From: Mizuhopecten yessoensis
Lineage: Eukaryota
Direction of reading: 5' to 3'
NCBI RefSeq assembly: GCF_002113885.1
Contig: NW_018404676.1
Coordinates: 879,740 to 943,739, forward strand
Length of the DNA stretch: 64,000 bases
Shown: piece after piece, positions 1-11,700 of the stretch
Numbering within the stretch: position 1 is the stretch's first letter
How the letters are laid out: every line of letters begins with the position of its first letter
Program-made: the position numbers and the translations under genes
The notes under the pieces: generated by a model
Told to the model about the DNA's origin: nothing
What the model saw: the letters and a program-made list of their open reading frames with translations, nothing else
Database searches by the model: none

Positions 1-299
1 AGATATTGTCTGTCAACTGCAAAAGAAATGCAAAAGATCTTGTAAGAAAAAAGATTAAAAAAATACATAAAGGATAAACAGTGGGTCAATGGAGTCATTC
101 TCAAACTTTCTGCTGTCAACAAACCATGAAAAGTCATTTAAGAGGTTTGATATTTCAACAGGAGACAGTTGCTAGGGTGACAACAACTCTCAGGGCGTCG
201 AATCATCATTTCACCCCATAATGTGGGCATCAATTGTATAATGTAACTTGCATCTTTTTAAATAAAATCAAAATGACAACAGCAACATTGATGTTCACA

Positions 300-1735
300 A
301 CCTTGGTAGTCACATGACCACTGGTATTGACCTGTAGGATGGTTAACTGACCATTGGTAGTCACATGACCACTGGTATTGACCTGTAGGGTGGTTAACTG
401 ACTATTGGTTGTCATGTGACCACTGGTATTGACCTGTAAGGTGGTTAACTGACCTTTGGTTGTCACATGACCACTGGTATTGACATGTAAGGTGGTTAAC
501 TGACCATTGGTAGTCACATGACCACTGGTATTGACCTGTAGGGTGGTTAACTGACTATTGGTTGTCATGTGACCACTGGTATTGACCTGTAGGGTGGTTA
601 ACTGACCATTGGTAGTTACATGACCACTGGTATTGACCTGTAAGGTGGTTAACTGACCATTGGTAGTCACATGACCACTAGTATTGACCTGTAGGGTGGT
701 TAACTGACCATTAGTACTCACATAACCACTGGTATTGACCTGTAAGGTGGTTAACTGACCATTGGTAGTCAAGTGACCACTGGTATTGACCTGTAGGATG
801 GTTAACTGACCATTAGTAGTCACGTGACCAATGGTATTGACCTGTAGGGCGGTTAACTGACCATTGGTAGTCACGGGACCAATGGTATTGATCTGTAGGG
901 TGGTTAACTGACCATTGGAAGTCATGTGACCATTGGTAGTCACATGACCACTGGTATTGATCTGTAGGGTGGTTAACTGACCATTGGAAGTCACGTGACC
1001 ATTGGTAGTCACATGACCACTGGTATTGTTTGTTTGTTTGTTTGTTTGATTTTGTTTAACGTCCTATTAACAGCTAAGGTCATTTAAGGACGGCCTCCCC
1101 TGTGTGCAAGATGCATGCGTGTAGTGAATGTGTGTGTNTATTGACCTGTAGGATGGTTAACTGACCTTTGGTAGTCAAGTGACCACTGGTATTGACCTAT
1201 AGGGTGGTTAACTGACCATTGGTAGTCACATGACCAATGGTATTGACCTGTAGGGTGGTTAACTGACCATTGGTAGTCAAGTGACCACTGGTATTGACCT
1301 GTAGGATGGTTAACTGACCATTGGTAGTCACGTGACCACTGGTATTGACCTGCAGGGTGGTTAACTGACCATTGGTAGTCATGTGACCAATGGTATTGAC
1401 CTGTAGGGCAGTTAACTGACCATTGGTAGTCACGTGACCACTGGTATTTACCTGTGGGGTGGTTGACCATTGGTAGTCACATTACCACTGGTATTGACCT
1501 GTAGGGTGGTTAACTGACCATTGGTAATCACGTGACCACTGGTATTTACCTGTGGGGTGGTTAACTGACCATTGGTAGTCACATGACCACTGGTATTGAC
1601 CTGTAGGGTGGTTAACTGACCTTTGGTAGTCATATGACCACTGGTATTGACCTGTAGGATGGTTAACTGACCATTGGTAGTCACATGACCACTGGTTTTG
1701 ACCTGTAGGGTTGTTAACTGACCATTGGTAGTCTC
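300..1735. repeat. 51-bp minisatellite (ccattggtagtcacatgaccactggtattgacctgtagggtggttaactga), about 25 copies
   Basis: Directly visible tandem units; interrupted at about 1028-1138. Confidence 0.95.
1028..1138 (-). mobile_element. retroelement (SINE/LINE-like) tail fragment inserted in the minisatellite, cut by an assembly N
   Basis: (gttt)n run, equal to an (AAAC)n tail on the minus strand, then unique sequence ending at the single n at 1138. Confidence 0.45.
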
Positions 1736-1949
1736 GATCACATGTTGTTGTCACATGATTAGAACTAGCTTCAGAACATATATATATCCACATTGCTTGG
1801 TTTTATTTTTTGTTATAAATATATGTATTTTATACATTATAAGGATGCTGTTACGTTATACATAGACCTAATGGTAGACATCTTTTTAACATGACTTTCT
1901 GTTACAATGAGTATTCACCAAACACCTCAATCATCACCTGTTATTAGAA

Positions 1950-2670
1950 TTTTGTTGGGGGGGGGGGGGTCAAAGATGTATATAGGAATCACCATGTTTA
2001 TCCGTCTATCCATGATCTTTGTAAGAGCAAGTTTTTCTAAGCTGTGTTGGAATTTGTTTTGTAACTTTACACAGTGAAAGTACATTGTATGTAGATGTGC
2101 ATGAATAAAGGAGTTTGGATTCAACTGTATTTCCTGTAGTTAAAGCCCTTTAGACTTTCAGCTCCAGAAACGTTGTAAGCACATCTCCTCCTTAACAGTT
2201 GGTTGGAATTTTTGTAACTTGAGACAGTGAAAGTACATTTCGTATAGATGCACATGAAGAAAGGAATTTACAATTAAACTTTCTTTCATGGAGTTAAGGC
2301 CCTTGTAACTTTCTACTCCAGAAACCGTATAAGTACAACTCCTCCTTAAGAGTTGGTTGGGTTATTTTTGTTATGTAACACAGTGAAAGAACATGATATG
2401 TAGATGTGCATGAAGAAAGGAATTTGCAATTCGACTAATTTTCCTCAAGTAATGGCCCTTAAACCTTTCTGCTCCAGAAACCTTGTAAGCTCCTACTTAA
2501 CAGTTGGTTGGACATTTTTGTAACTTGGCACATTTAAAGTACATTACATTTGGATGTGCATGAATGACTATTTTCCTTGCGTTATGGCCCTTGAAACATT
2601 AATTTATGCTCAAGAAACATAAGTGCAAGCGGGGGCCCGGGGGATATCCACTCAGTTTCTCATGTTTTAT
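1950..2670 (+). mobile_element. degenerate non-autonomous element with about four internal ~150-bp repeats (Helentron/HINE-like)
   Basis: Repeated acagtgaaagtacat...gatgtgcatgaa...ctccagaaac...gttggttgg blocks and G-rich ends. Confidence 0.5.
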
Positions 2671-3484
2671 TCTGTAAATGAAAATGTTTTAGGAATAAGG
2701 GGAGACAAATGGCTGGCTATAGGCAACAGGACAAAAACATGTTGTTTGGTTGGCCTTAATGCAACTTCTCGCTTATAATATTGTGTAAGAAATCAAGAAT
2801 GAATTTCAATAACATGATTACCATTAGCGAAATAAATTCTTACATTGCCTTGTCTTGACTGATTTCTTGTGAGATGGTAGATAACAGCTGTATCAGTGGT
2901 TCAGTTATCAGAAAGAATCCGACTTATAAACAGCGACACAAACTGATAATCAATATTTAAAGTTATTAAGCTAAGACATCAAACAGCCATAGCCTTTAAT
3001 GCACAGCTGATAGCCTTACGTGTCAGGCAGTAAGTAAAGGGAACACTACCTGGGGAGACTTAATGATGTACAATCTGTCCTGTCATTATTGGTGAAAAGT
3101 GGCATTTAACTGTACATTATCCTGTACATGTCTAGTGTTCTGTTGTGTTCGTGACAACAACAGGAAGTCATGTCAGAGATAATACTCTGGTACCTGCATG
3201 ATCATATTGAGTTCAGCAACGCAAAATGTTTCCTTCTTATTGTATTGTATTTTCATTTTGGCAGATTATTGATCAATATGAAATTTGATTGACAGAACAA
3301 GAGGTGAATAGAGAAGGGCTCGTTACTGATAATGTCAGACAAACCCTTCTTGTCTATAATGGAAGTCTAGGAACAGTTCATCAATAGATGTTTATAAAAT
3401 CTCTCCGAAAAAGACTATGGAAAATCAATTAAATAATTTGTAAATGAAAATCTTGCTTCAATGGGTAACAAAGTCTTGCATCAT

Positions 3485-3870
3485 TTTGTATCCGTTCGCA
3501 ATGAAAGTGTGAGGGGATGTAGGATTCAGCCCGTATGTACGTATGCTACACTCTTTGTCATCACTTTAGCGTCTTCATTCCTCAATGGGATTTCATGAAA
3601 CTCGATACAAGTGTTTGGTATGACAATGTCTTAAACAAGTTGCATTTCGGGTTAAAGGTCAAGGTCACTTTTACTATTTTTAGAAAGACTTTTGTCATTG
3701 CTCTATCGGCTTCATTCCTAAACGGAATTTCATCGAATGCAATACAAATGTTTACCATGACAATACCTTCAACACATTTGTGCAGAAATATTTTTGATGT
3801 CACATTTTTGTCGGATTTGCTGAAATGTGTGAATGCGAGGGGATTTGTGTCACTTGTGATGCCTTGTTTA
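3485..3870 (+). mobile_element. short degenerate HINE-like element
   Basis: gagggga motif near both ends, aaggtcaaggtca core, end in ...gccttgtt like the neighbouring element. Confidence 0.35.
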
Positions 3871-3887
3871 CTTATCTAATACTGATG

Positions 3888-5290
3888 TTTATTAGCTCAC
3901 CAGGTCCGAAGGACCAAGGTGAGCTTATGCCATACCGTGGTGTCCGTGGTCCGTCCGTCCATCGTCCGTCCGTCAACAATTTCTTTAAACGACTTCATCT
4001 TCTTAACCACTGATTGGAATTTAACTAAATTTGACTGGAAGCATGGTGGGGATTCAAAATTGTACAAATGGTGGGGCTGACCACCCAGGGGGCTGAGGGG
4101 CGGGGCAAAAAGGGGGCAATTTGGCTATATTGCTTTAAGCGACATCTCCTCTGGAACTAAGAGATGGATATCAACAATATTTGACTGGAAGCATCCCTAG
4201 GTGGTGTGGATTCAAAAGGGGGCATTTTGGCTATATTGCTACAAACGACGTCTTCTGTAGAACTATGCACTGGATATCAATCATATTTAATCAGAAGCAT
4301 TCATGGGAGGCAGGGATTCAAATTTGTACAAATGGTGTGGCTGACCCCCGTGGCGGCTGAGGGGCGGGGCCAAAAAGGGCTATTTAGCTATATTATTTTA
4401 AGCGACTTCTTCTCTGGAACTGAGAGATAGATATCAACCATATTTGACTGGAAGCATTCCTAGGTGGTGGGGATTCAAAATGTACAAATGGTGGGGCTGA
4501 CCCCCCAGGGGGCTGAGGGCTGGGGCCAAAAGGGGGCAATTTGGCTATATTTCTATAAACGACTTCTTTCGTAAAACTATACCATGGATATTGATCATAT
4601 TTGGTTGGAAGCATTCATGGGAGGCAGGGATTCAGAATTGTACAAATGGTGGGGCTGACCCCCCGGGCTAAGGGGTGGGGCCAAAACAAATATATTACTT
4701 GGAAATGGTTGAGATCCCCACCATATAACCATATATACAATTGCTGAGTTTAAAGTGAGGAATGCACATTTGCTTCCAAGATGGCTCTAGGGTCTGGTCC
4801 CACCCTTGGAGACTTAACCACTGGGTCATAACTTTGAAACGGTTAAGATCCCCACCCCAAAACTATATATACAATTGTTGGGCATAAAGAGACGAATGCA
4901 GTCATGATATTAGAATTGCCCCCAGGGTCTGCCCCACCCTTGCAGACATAACCCCTGGGTCATAACTCTGAAATGGTTGAGATCCCCAACCCAAAACTAT
5001 ATATACAAACGCTGGGCAAAAAGAGACAAATGCAGTCATGATATTAGAATTGATCCTGGGGTCTGGCCACAACCCTAGGGACCTAGTTTCTGAGTCACAG
5101 CTTGGAAACAGTTGAGATATCCACCCCATAACCATACATAAAATTGCTGGACATAAAATATCTAATACAGATATGCTACAAGGATTGGCCTTGGGGTTTG
5201 GCTAATTCCCTTGGATCTCATTTGGAGAATATTTTGCCATGATTGCTTAGATATCCAGGTGAGCGATACAGGCCCTCTGGGCCTCTTGTT
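3888..5290 (+). mobile_element. Helentron-associated non-autonomous element (HINE/DINE-1-like)
   Basis: 5' inverted repeat agctcacc...ggtgagct, (gtcc)n microsatellite, internal tandem repeats, 3' caggtgagc plus hairpin aggccc-tct-gggcct, T-rich flanks. Confidence 0.75.
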
Positions 5291-5734
5291 TTTCAAACAC
5301 TTGCCTAGGCGTTCTGTATTGCAGTATGTCTACTTTTTTTTCTCTTTTTTTTTTTTTAATTGTCTTAGCTGGCAGTATTTTATTGTATGCCATCTGTTGT
5401 AATTTCTAGAACTCTAATTATTTTATTGTTGACATATTATCACTGAGACACGATATCATAGATAAGTCTATTAACTGGTCCCTTAAACTTCAGGTAAAGT
5501 TCATAAAATGGATGGCAAAAAGGTGAAGTATGTTTAGCTGGTGAGGGCTGTACACATGTACCTTGTAAAGATATTTTAATAAATCTTCATGAACTATGAG
5601 AACTTTAGCCCCAAGGTCATGGTTATATTTAGAGATCACTCTTTCATACCATGTGGAAAGAGTTTAATTGATTCTGTTGATAGATGGATGTTTTTCTTTG
5701 GACGGACTTATGAATTGTTCCTCTTCATTTTCAG

Positions 5735-5799
5735 AATTTGGAACGAGAACTGGTTCCTGTAGAGGAGAAAATGAACAGAATGAATTACCTGGCTGACTC
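5735..5799 (+). CDS. SPTBN5: spectrin exon (NLERELVPVEEKMNRMNYLADS)
   Basis: tttcag|...|gtaagt, phase 0-2. Confidence 0.88.
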
Positions 5800-8700
5800 G
5801 TAAGTAACACAGACAGATATAAACACAAAAGGCACAAAAGCAAGATACAGGTGATACACAAAAAAATAGAAAATACAAAGACACAATTCAAATCCTGTTC
5901 AGAAACAAGATACAGGTGACATAATCTTGGACCAATATTAACCGCCGCTTCCCATTTGTGGTCACATGACCATTGATTGTCATATGTTCCTTGGTGGTCA
6001 CATGACCTTCAGCAAGCATGAACATTGTTAATGTAAATTTAAGATGAAGTTAAAGCATTTAATCTTCAAGAAGATTGTTGCAAATCTTTGCCAAAACTTT
6101 TGCTACTATTACCACATTATTGATCCCTTTTGTACAATATCTAACATGAAATAATAAGTAGGAATTGGGTAAGTCTGGATTAACTAATTGTTGAATTTCA
6201 ATAACTTCCGTTCTACAGAGTGAGAGCATCCTACCCAGATGAACGAGACTATGTGGATCAGAGACAAAGCGAATTACAGAACATGTGGGACAACTTAAAG
6301 GTACAGAATCATCTTAATATCTCAACAGGGTTACTAGCTTACAAGTTCACTTTTACAAATGACCTTGGTCACTACTATACAAGTTTACCTGTAATGTAAC
6401 TCTGACCTTGGTCGCTAAGGTACAAGTTTACCTGTAACTCTGACCTTGGTCGCTAAGGTAAGAGTTTACCTGTAACTATGACCTTGGTCACTTAGGTAAA
6501 CATTTACCTGTAACTCTAACCTTGGTCGCTAAAGTAAACATTTACCTGTAACTCTGACCTTGGTCGCTAAAGTAAACATTTACCTGTAACTCTGACCTTG
6601 GTCGCTAAGGTATGTGTTTACCTGTAACTCTTACCTTGGTCGCTAAGGTAAACATTTACCTGTAACTCTGACCTTGGTCACCAAGGTAAACAGTTATCTG
6701 TAACTCTGACCTTGATCACTGAGGTAAACATTTACCTGTAACTCTGACCTTGATAACTAAGGTAAACAGTTACCTGTAAATCTGACCTTGATCACTGAGG
6801 TAAACATTTACCTGTAACTCTGACCTTGGTCTCAAAGGTAAACATTTACCTGTAACTCTAACCTTGGTCTCTAAGGTACCAGTTTACCTGTAACTGACCA
6901 GTTACCAAAATTATTCAGAATCTGTTATGTTCAGGATTAAGTGTTCTTTTATTGGTTTAGTCTTGTTGTATGGTTCTTTTTAATTACAGAAAAAGGCAGA
7001 TTCCAAGAAGAACAAGCTTGGAGACTCGCAAGAACGCCAACAGTTTAATGAAGACGCAAATGATTTGGTAAGTCTTGACAAAGATGTATATTTATGATAT
7101 ATATCTCTTTTGTTCTTATTAAGGTTTTATGAACATGGCCTGCCTAAGGTGTAATCTGATGCTTGTCTTTAATAGATGGCATGGAGTAGCACAATGAAGT
7201 CTAAGCTTGCCACCAATGAGATGCCCCGGGATGTACAGATGGCAGAGGTTATGATAAAGGACCATGATGAACTGGCTGATGACATTGAGGCCCACAAACC
7301 CAAGTAGGTACACTTGATCTAGGACTAAATGTACACAAAAACAAGTGGCCTTGTTATAAAACTTGGTTACAGGTAATGGAGTCATGCTGAGACCGGAGGT
7401 CTTAACTTTCTTTTTTTTTAGTTTAATCTTCATGAACAACTCAATTCACAAAACATGCGTTACATTTTTTTGACAAAAAAGTAACACTGTATACTAAGAA
7501 CCACACTAAGACAAAGACTAATCGTCACATACACATGAACCACACCTCAATGATACACACACACATTAAAAGAGGCAAGTATTGCACATAATGTATTTCT
7601 GAAAATTACCACTTTCCCATCCTAGATACTATTGCAGTTATGTATGTAATATGGCCTTTTCATGCTTTCACCAGCTGAAGTATTATCCAGTGACAACAAT
7701 GTTATCATTATTATTTGTCATGGCACAGGTTTTAGGTGTTCCTTCTCTCTGCACTAGTGAAGCATTTCCATTATCACTGTTCCTTAATTGTGTGAAAGAA
7801 TGTTAATCATTATGACGTTTTGAATGAGAAATGTCTGACTGTTTGTACTCTGCAGATTTGAGCAAGTTAAGGCTCTAGCTTGCAGTGTCCTAGAGAAAAC
7901 ACCAGATGCCTCAGATGTAAAAGATAAATTGGGGAAACTGGAAGAAGATGAGAAAGCCATCAACGAAATGTGGCTCCATAGGAAAAACCAGTTACAGGAC
8001 GCTTACGATTTACAGGTGAGTGATGTCGAACAAGGAAACTTAAAATTTACAGGTGAAAACCATTTAACATGGATTCCTGTCTATCCAGAAAAGGGGGGGG
8101 GGGGGGGGAATACATAGCTTTTTTCGGGAAAAATTCTTGGGCTGAGAGGGGGAAAACTCTTTAAAGTCAACAATAGTTATGTTTTCAATGTTGCGACTAT
8201 AATCATATTTTATCTCTATTCTACAGGCTTTTAACAAGGATGCAGACAACATTGACTCTGTAACAAGCAGCCATGAAAAATTCCTGGAGTTTGCTGACCT
8301 TGGGGTAAGCAATAGAGTCCAGATTTTCTCCCACTATTTGAATATACCAGATTTACCACTCTAATTGAACAAAGCTTCCTTGTAAAGTGTTGCATTCTTT
8401 CGCAACATTCAGATGTATTTATATAAAGTTGAAATGTATATATATGCAAATATCAAATACCAAATGAACCATACATATTTTCAAATGGTATACATATTGG
8501 CCACTTTACTCGAAAGTAAACCAGTCTTGATATTTTATCTAGTAGTTTCCTACCTTTATATTTTACTTAAAAAGAAATCCTAGCTGCCTTGATGTTTTAT
8601 GTGGTAGGAACCTTATAAGGGATGGTTATATTTTCAGAGCACTGTTGATGGTGTAGAATCATTGTTCAAGCGACACGAGGACTTTGAGAGCACGCTGCAG

Positions 8701-11700
8701 GCCCAGGATGAGAAGGTGAAAGCCCTGGATGACCTTGCCAGCAAGTTGATTGGGGAGGACCATCCTGACAAGGATCAGTAAGTTCACTAACGATTTTGTA
8801 TTTAAGTTCATGTAGATGCTTAGGATGCCTCACGATGCACCAACCATTAACGCTTGCTCTATCAATTTTATCAAATTACTTTCAATGAATAAAACTCTTA
8901 AAACTGTGAGATATAAGTATCATAATAATACAAAATAAAATATAATTTCAGTTATGGAGTTTGAAGATTTTTAACTGTTCAGAATTATTTTGAAATGATC
9001 AAGTTTGAGTAGGAATGATTTTATTAATGTGACATTTCTTGTTTTTAGCATTGATAGCCGTCGTAACCAGGCATTGGAGAGACGACAGAAGGTGAAGGAG
9101 AAGGCAAGTGAACGACACAATGCTCTACTGGCTGCTCAGGGATCTCAGGAATTCAAGAGAGATGCTGCAGAGGTGAGTCGACTCCCAGTTCACCACAGTG
9201 TCAGTTTTGTAGGATTGTTATTCGTAAATGTCCTGTGTTGTAGCCTCTTCCTGACTATGCCTTTAACTCCTGGATGTATTATTCCTCTCTGACATCATTT
9301 CCCATGGGCCTATGCCTAGTGTAACATCATCACCTGCAGGAACCATTCTCTTTAGTGGTCTTTTCCTGTCAATACTTTGTTCAAAGCATATTTAGCTCAG
9401 TAAGTCATTATTGCAAATTTTCACAATCCTATTCTAAAGAAATATATAAAAACTAACAACTTTTTTGTACCTCACGTCTTAGGACAATAAATGAGTCACT
9501 CCCTCTTTAAACTATAAACTTGCAGTTCTGAATTTCAAAATATGATTTTGAAAATAAACTAAGTGTTATTTCAAATTGTCAGGTTTTTAACACCAAGGCC
9601 TCAAAGATATAGTAAGATTTTATCATAGTGTTGACGATTATTTTATTTCCTGAATAGTTGTCATCCTGGATGAAGGAGAAGTACAAGACGGCCACTGACG
9701 AGTCTTACAGAGATCTCAACAACCTTCAGGAGAAGCTTAAAAAACACCAGGCTTTCGAGGCAGAGCTCAAGGCCAACAATGAAGGACTGAAGTCTCTTAA
9801 CGAGGTGGGTATTTTCTGTTAAAATTATATAGACAAAGTTATGGCACATCCACTAACTAACAGATGCAATAAATAGACCAATGCATAAAAATATGACTGT
9901 ATTCCATCTGAACCAAACAGAAATATAAAAGTGTAACAGGAGAGGAAAATGTACGGCCAGATTGGGGTTTGAATCCAGGATCATCCGAAATCTGGAAAGA
10001 CGCTCTACAAGTTGAGCTACCTGGTCACAGACAATTGGCCCAGTCCAGTTCTGCCACAAAAGCAAAAAAACAAAGTTTAATGCCGATTAAGATAACTAAG
10101 TTCATTGCAAAGCACTCTGTAATATAAATAATTCTGAGTCCTGTTTTAACAGCAATGCATTCACCAGTGTTTGTATGATGTTTTCCTCTGGATACACTCA
10201 TCCTAGCTGTTGCTATTAGGTTCTCTCTTATCTAACAGTTATATCACTTTCTTATCTAACAGTTATATCACTCTCTTATCTATAAACAGTTATATCACAA
10301 GTTTTAATTAATTTGGTTGTGTCTTCAGCAAGGAAATGTCATGATACAAGAAGATCATCCGGCCACTCCAGAGATCAAAGTCATCTTAGATGACCTCAAC
10401 ACTCAGTGGAGGGACCTTTACGATAAGTCCATGGACAAGGGGAACAAACTCCGCCAGGCAGCTCAGCAGTATGCTCTCAACAAGGCACTAGCCGATGCTC
10501 AGGTAGGTTGTGCCTGGTGAACTAGGTACTGTGTAGGTAGTTGCTACAAATCATTTTAAGGCTTACCCTGTTTGATTCTTGTATACAATGTAATCTGTAT
10601 AAACTGTACTATGTTTAATTTTAAACATGTTTAAAGTGATATTTAGATTTAACTTGCAGAATTCTAAATCCTGACAGTGTAAATTATTCCATAATTGGAA
10701 ATGGTTGAGATAATAAGGAGTATGTTTCATTTATTGTACTTATCCTGTAATAAGCCAAGGGGGCTAACACATAATCTCTATTGAAAGTAGTGGGTTGGGC
10801 TTATTACAGAACAATGGAAAAGCTTTTGTTGGCATTTCTTCCTAACTGCATTATGTTTTAGTGGGCTTATTACCAAGCATGGGCTTATTGGTGGATAAAT
10901 TCAATATTGAAACATGTACATGGTAAATATCTAAAAAATAATGAAACATACAAATTGATTTATGCAATATCTATCCCTTTTATCTTGTGAAGGGCAAGTT
11001 GGATGAGATGGAGAAGTCTGTTGCCAACCCTGATGTGGGGTCTGACCTCCGAGGGGTCAAAGCCTTGCTGAAAAAGCACCAGAACCTAGAAAATGATCTG
11101 GGCTTGTTAGATGCAAACATCAAGGACATCATTTCCCAGGGCCAGGCTCTGGCTGACTCTGGCCATTTTGATAGTGCTGGTATCCGTAAGGCTGTAGATG
11201 TATTTAACACTAGGTGAGTACTACTACAAAATAAAAAAAACTATAAAAGTAATGTTTGGTTTTAGATTACAAAAAAAAAAAAAAAAAGTTGGGGATGCAG
11301 TTTTATATTTGTTCGAACTGTTTCAGAATTAATCATAGGGGTGGGATGTGAGGCACTTTTTTTCCTGAGACCACAACACCTGACAAAATGTCATCAGTGA
11401 CAAAATAATCAGCAGATCTGGTTTTAACCCCACCACCCATTAGATATTAATACAGGTGCTTCTTACATCCCTCATACCTAAATTATGGAACAGTCTTTAC
11501 CTCAAAATTGTTAATAGGCCAGGAAAAGTTTGAGACCACCAAGGATTAAAAATATATGATTAATAAACTAAAATGGACCTCAAACATATTCATAGCCTAA
11601 TTTTAATTATCAGACTTTATATTATGATAAACACTGATTATGCGTATATATTTCAATACCAACATTAATTTTGTAATACAGAAATAACTGTGGTGTTGTT

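Noticed and set aside
230-1793. Minus-strand repetitive ORFs (TTNGQLTTLQVNTSGHV)n resembling a solenoid or antifreeze protein
   Set aside because: By-product of a 51-bp unit (multiple of 3). Overlapping frames are open, the array is interrupted by an insertion, and it lies in the intron of another gene.
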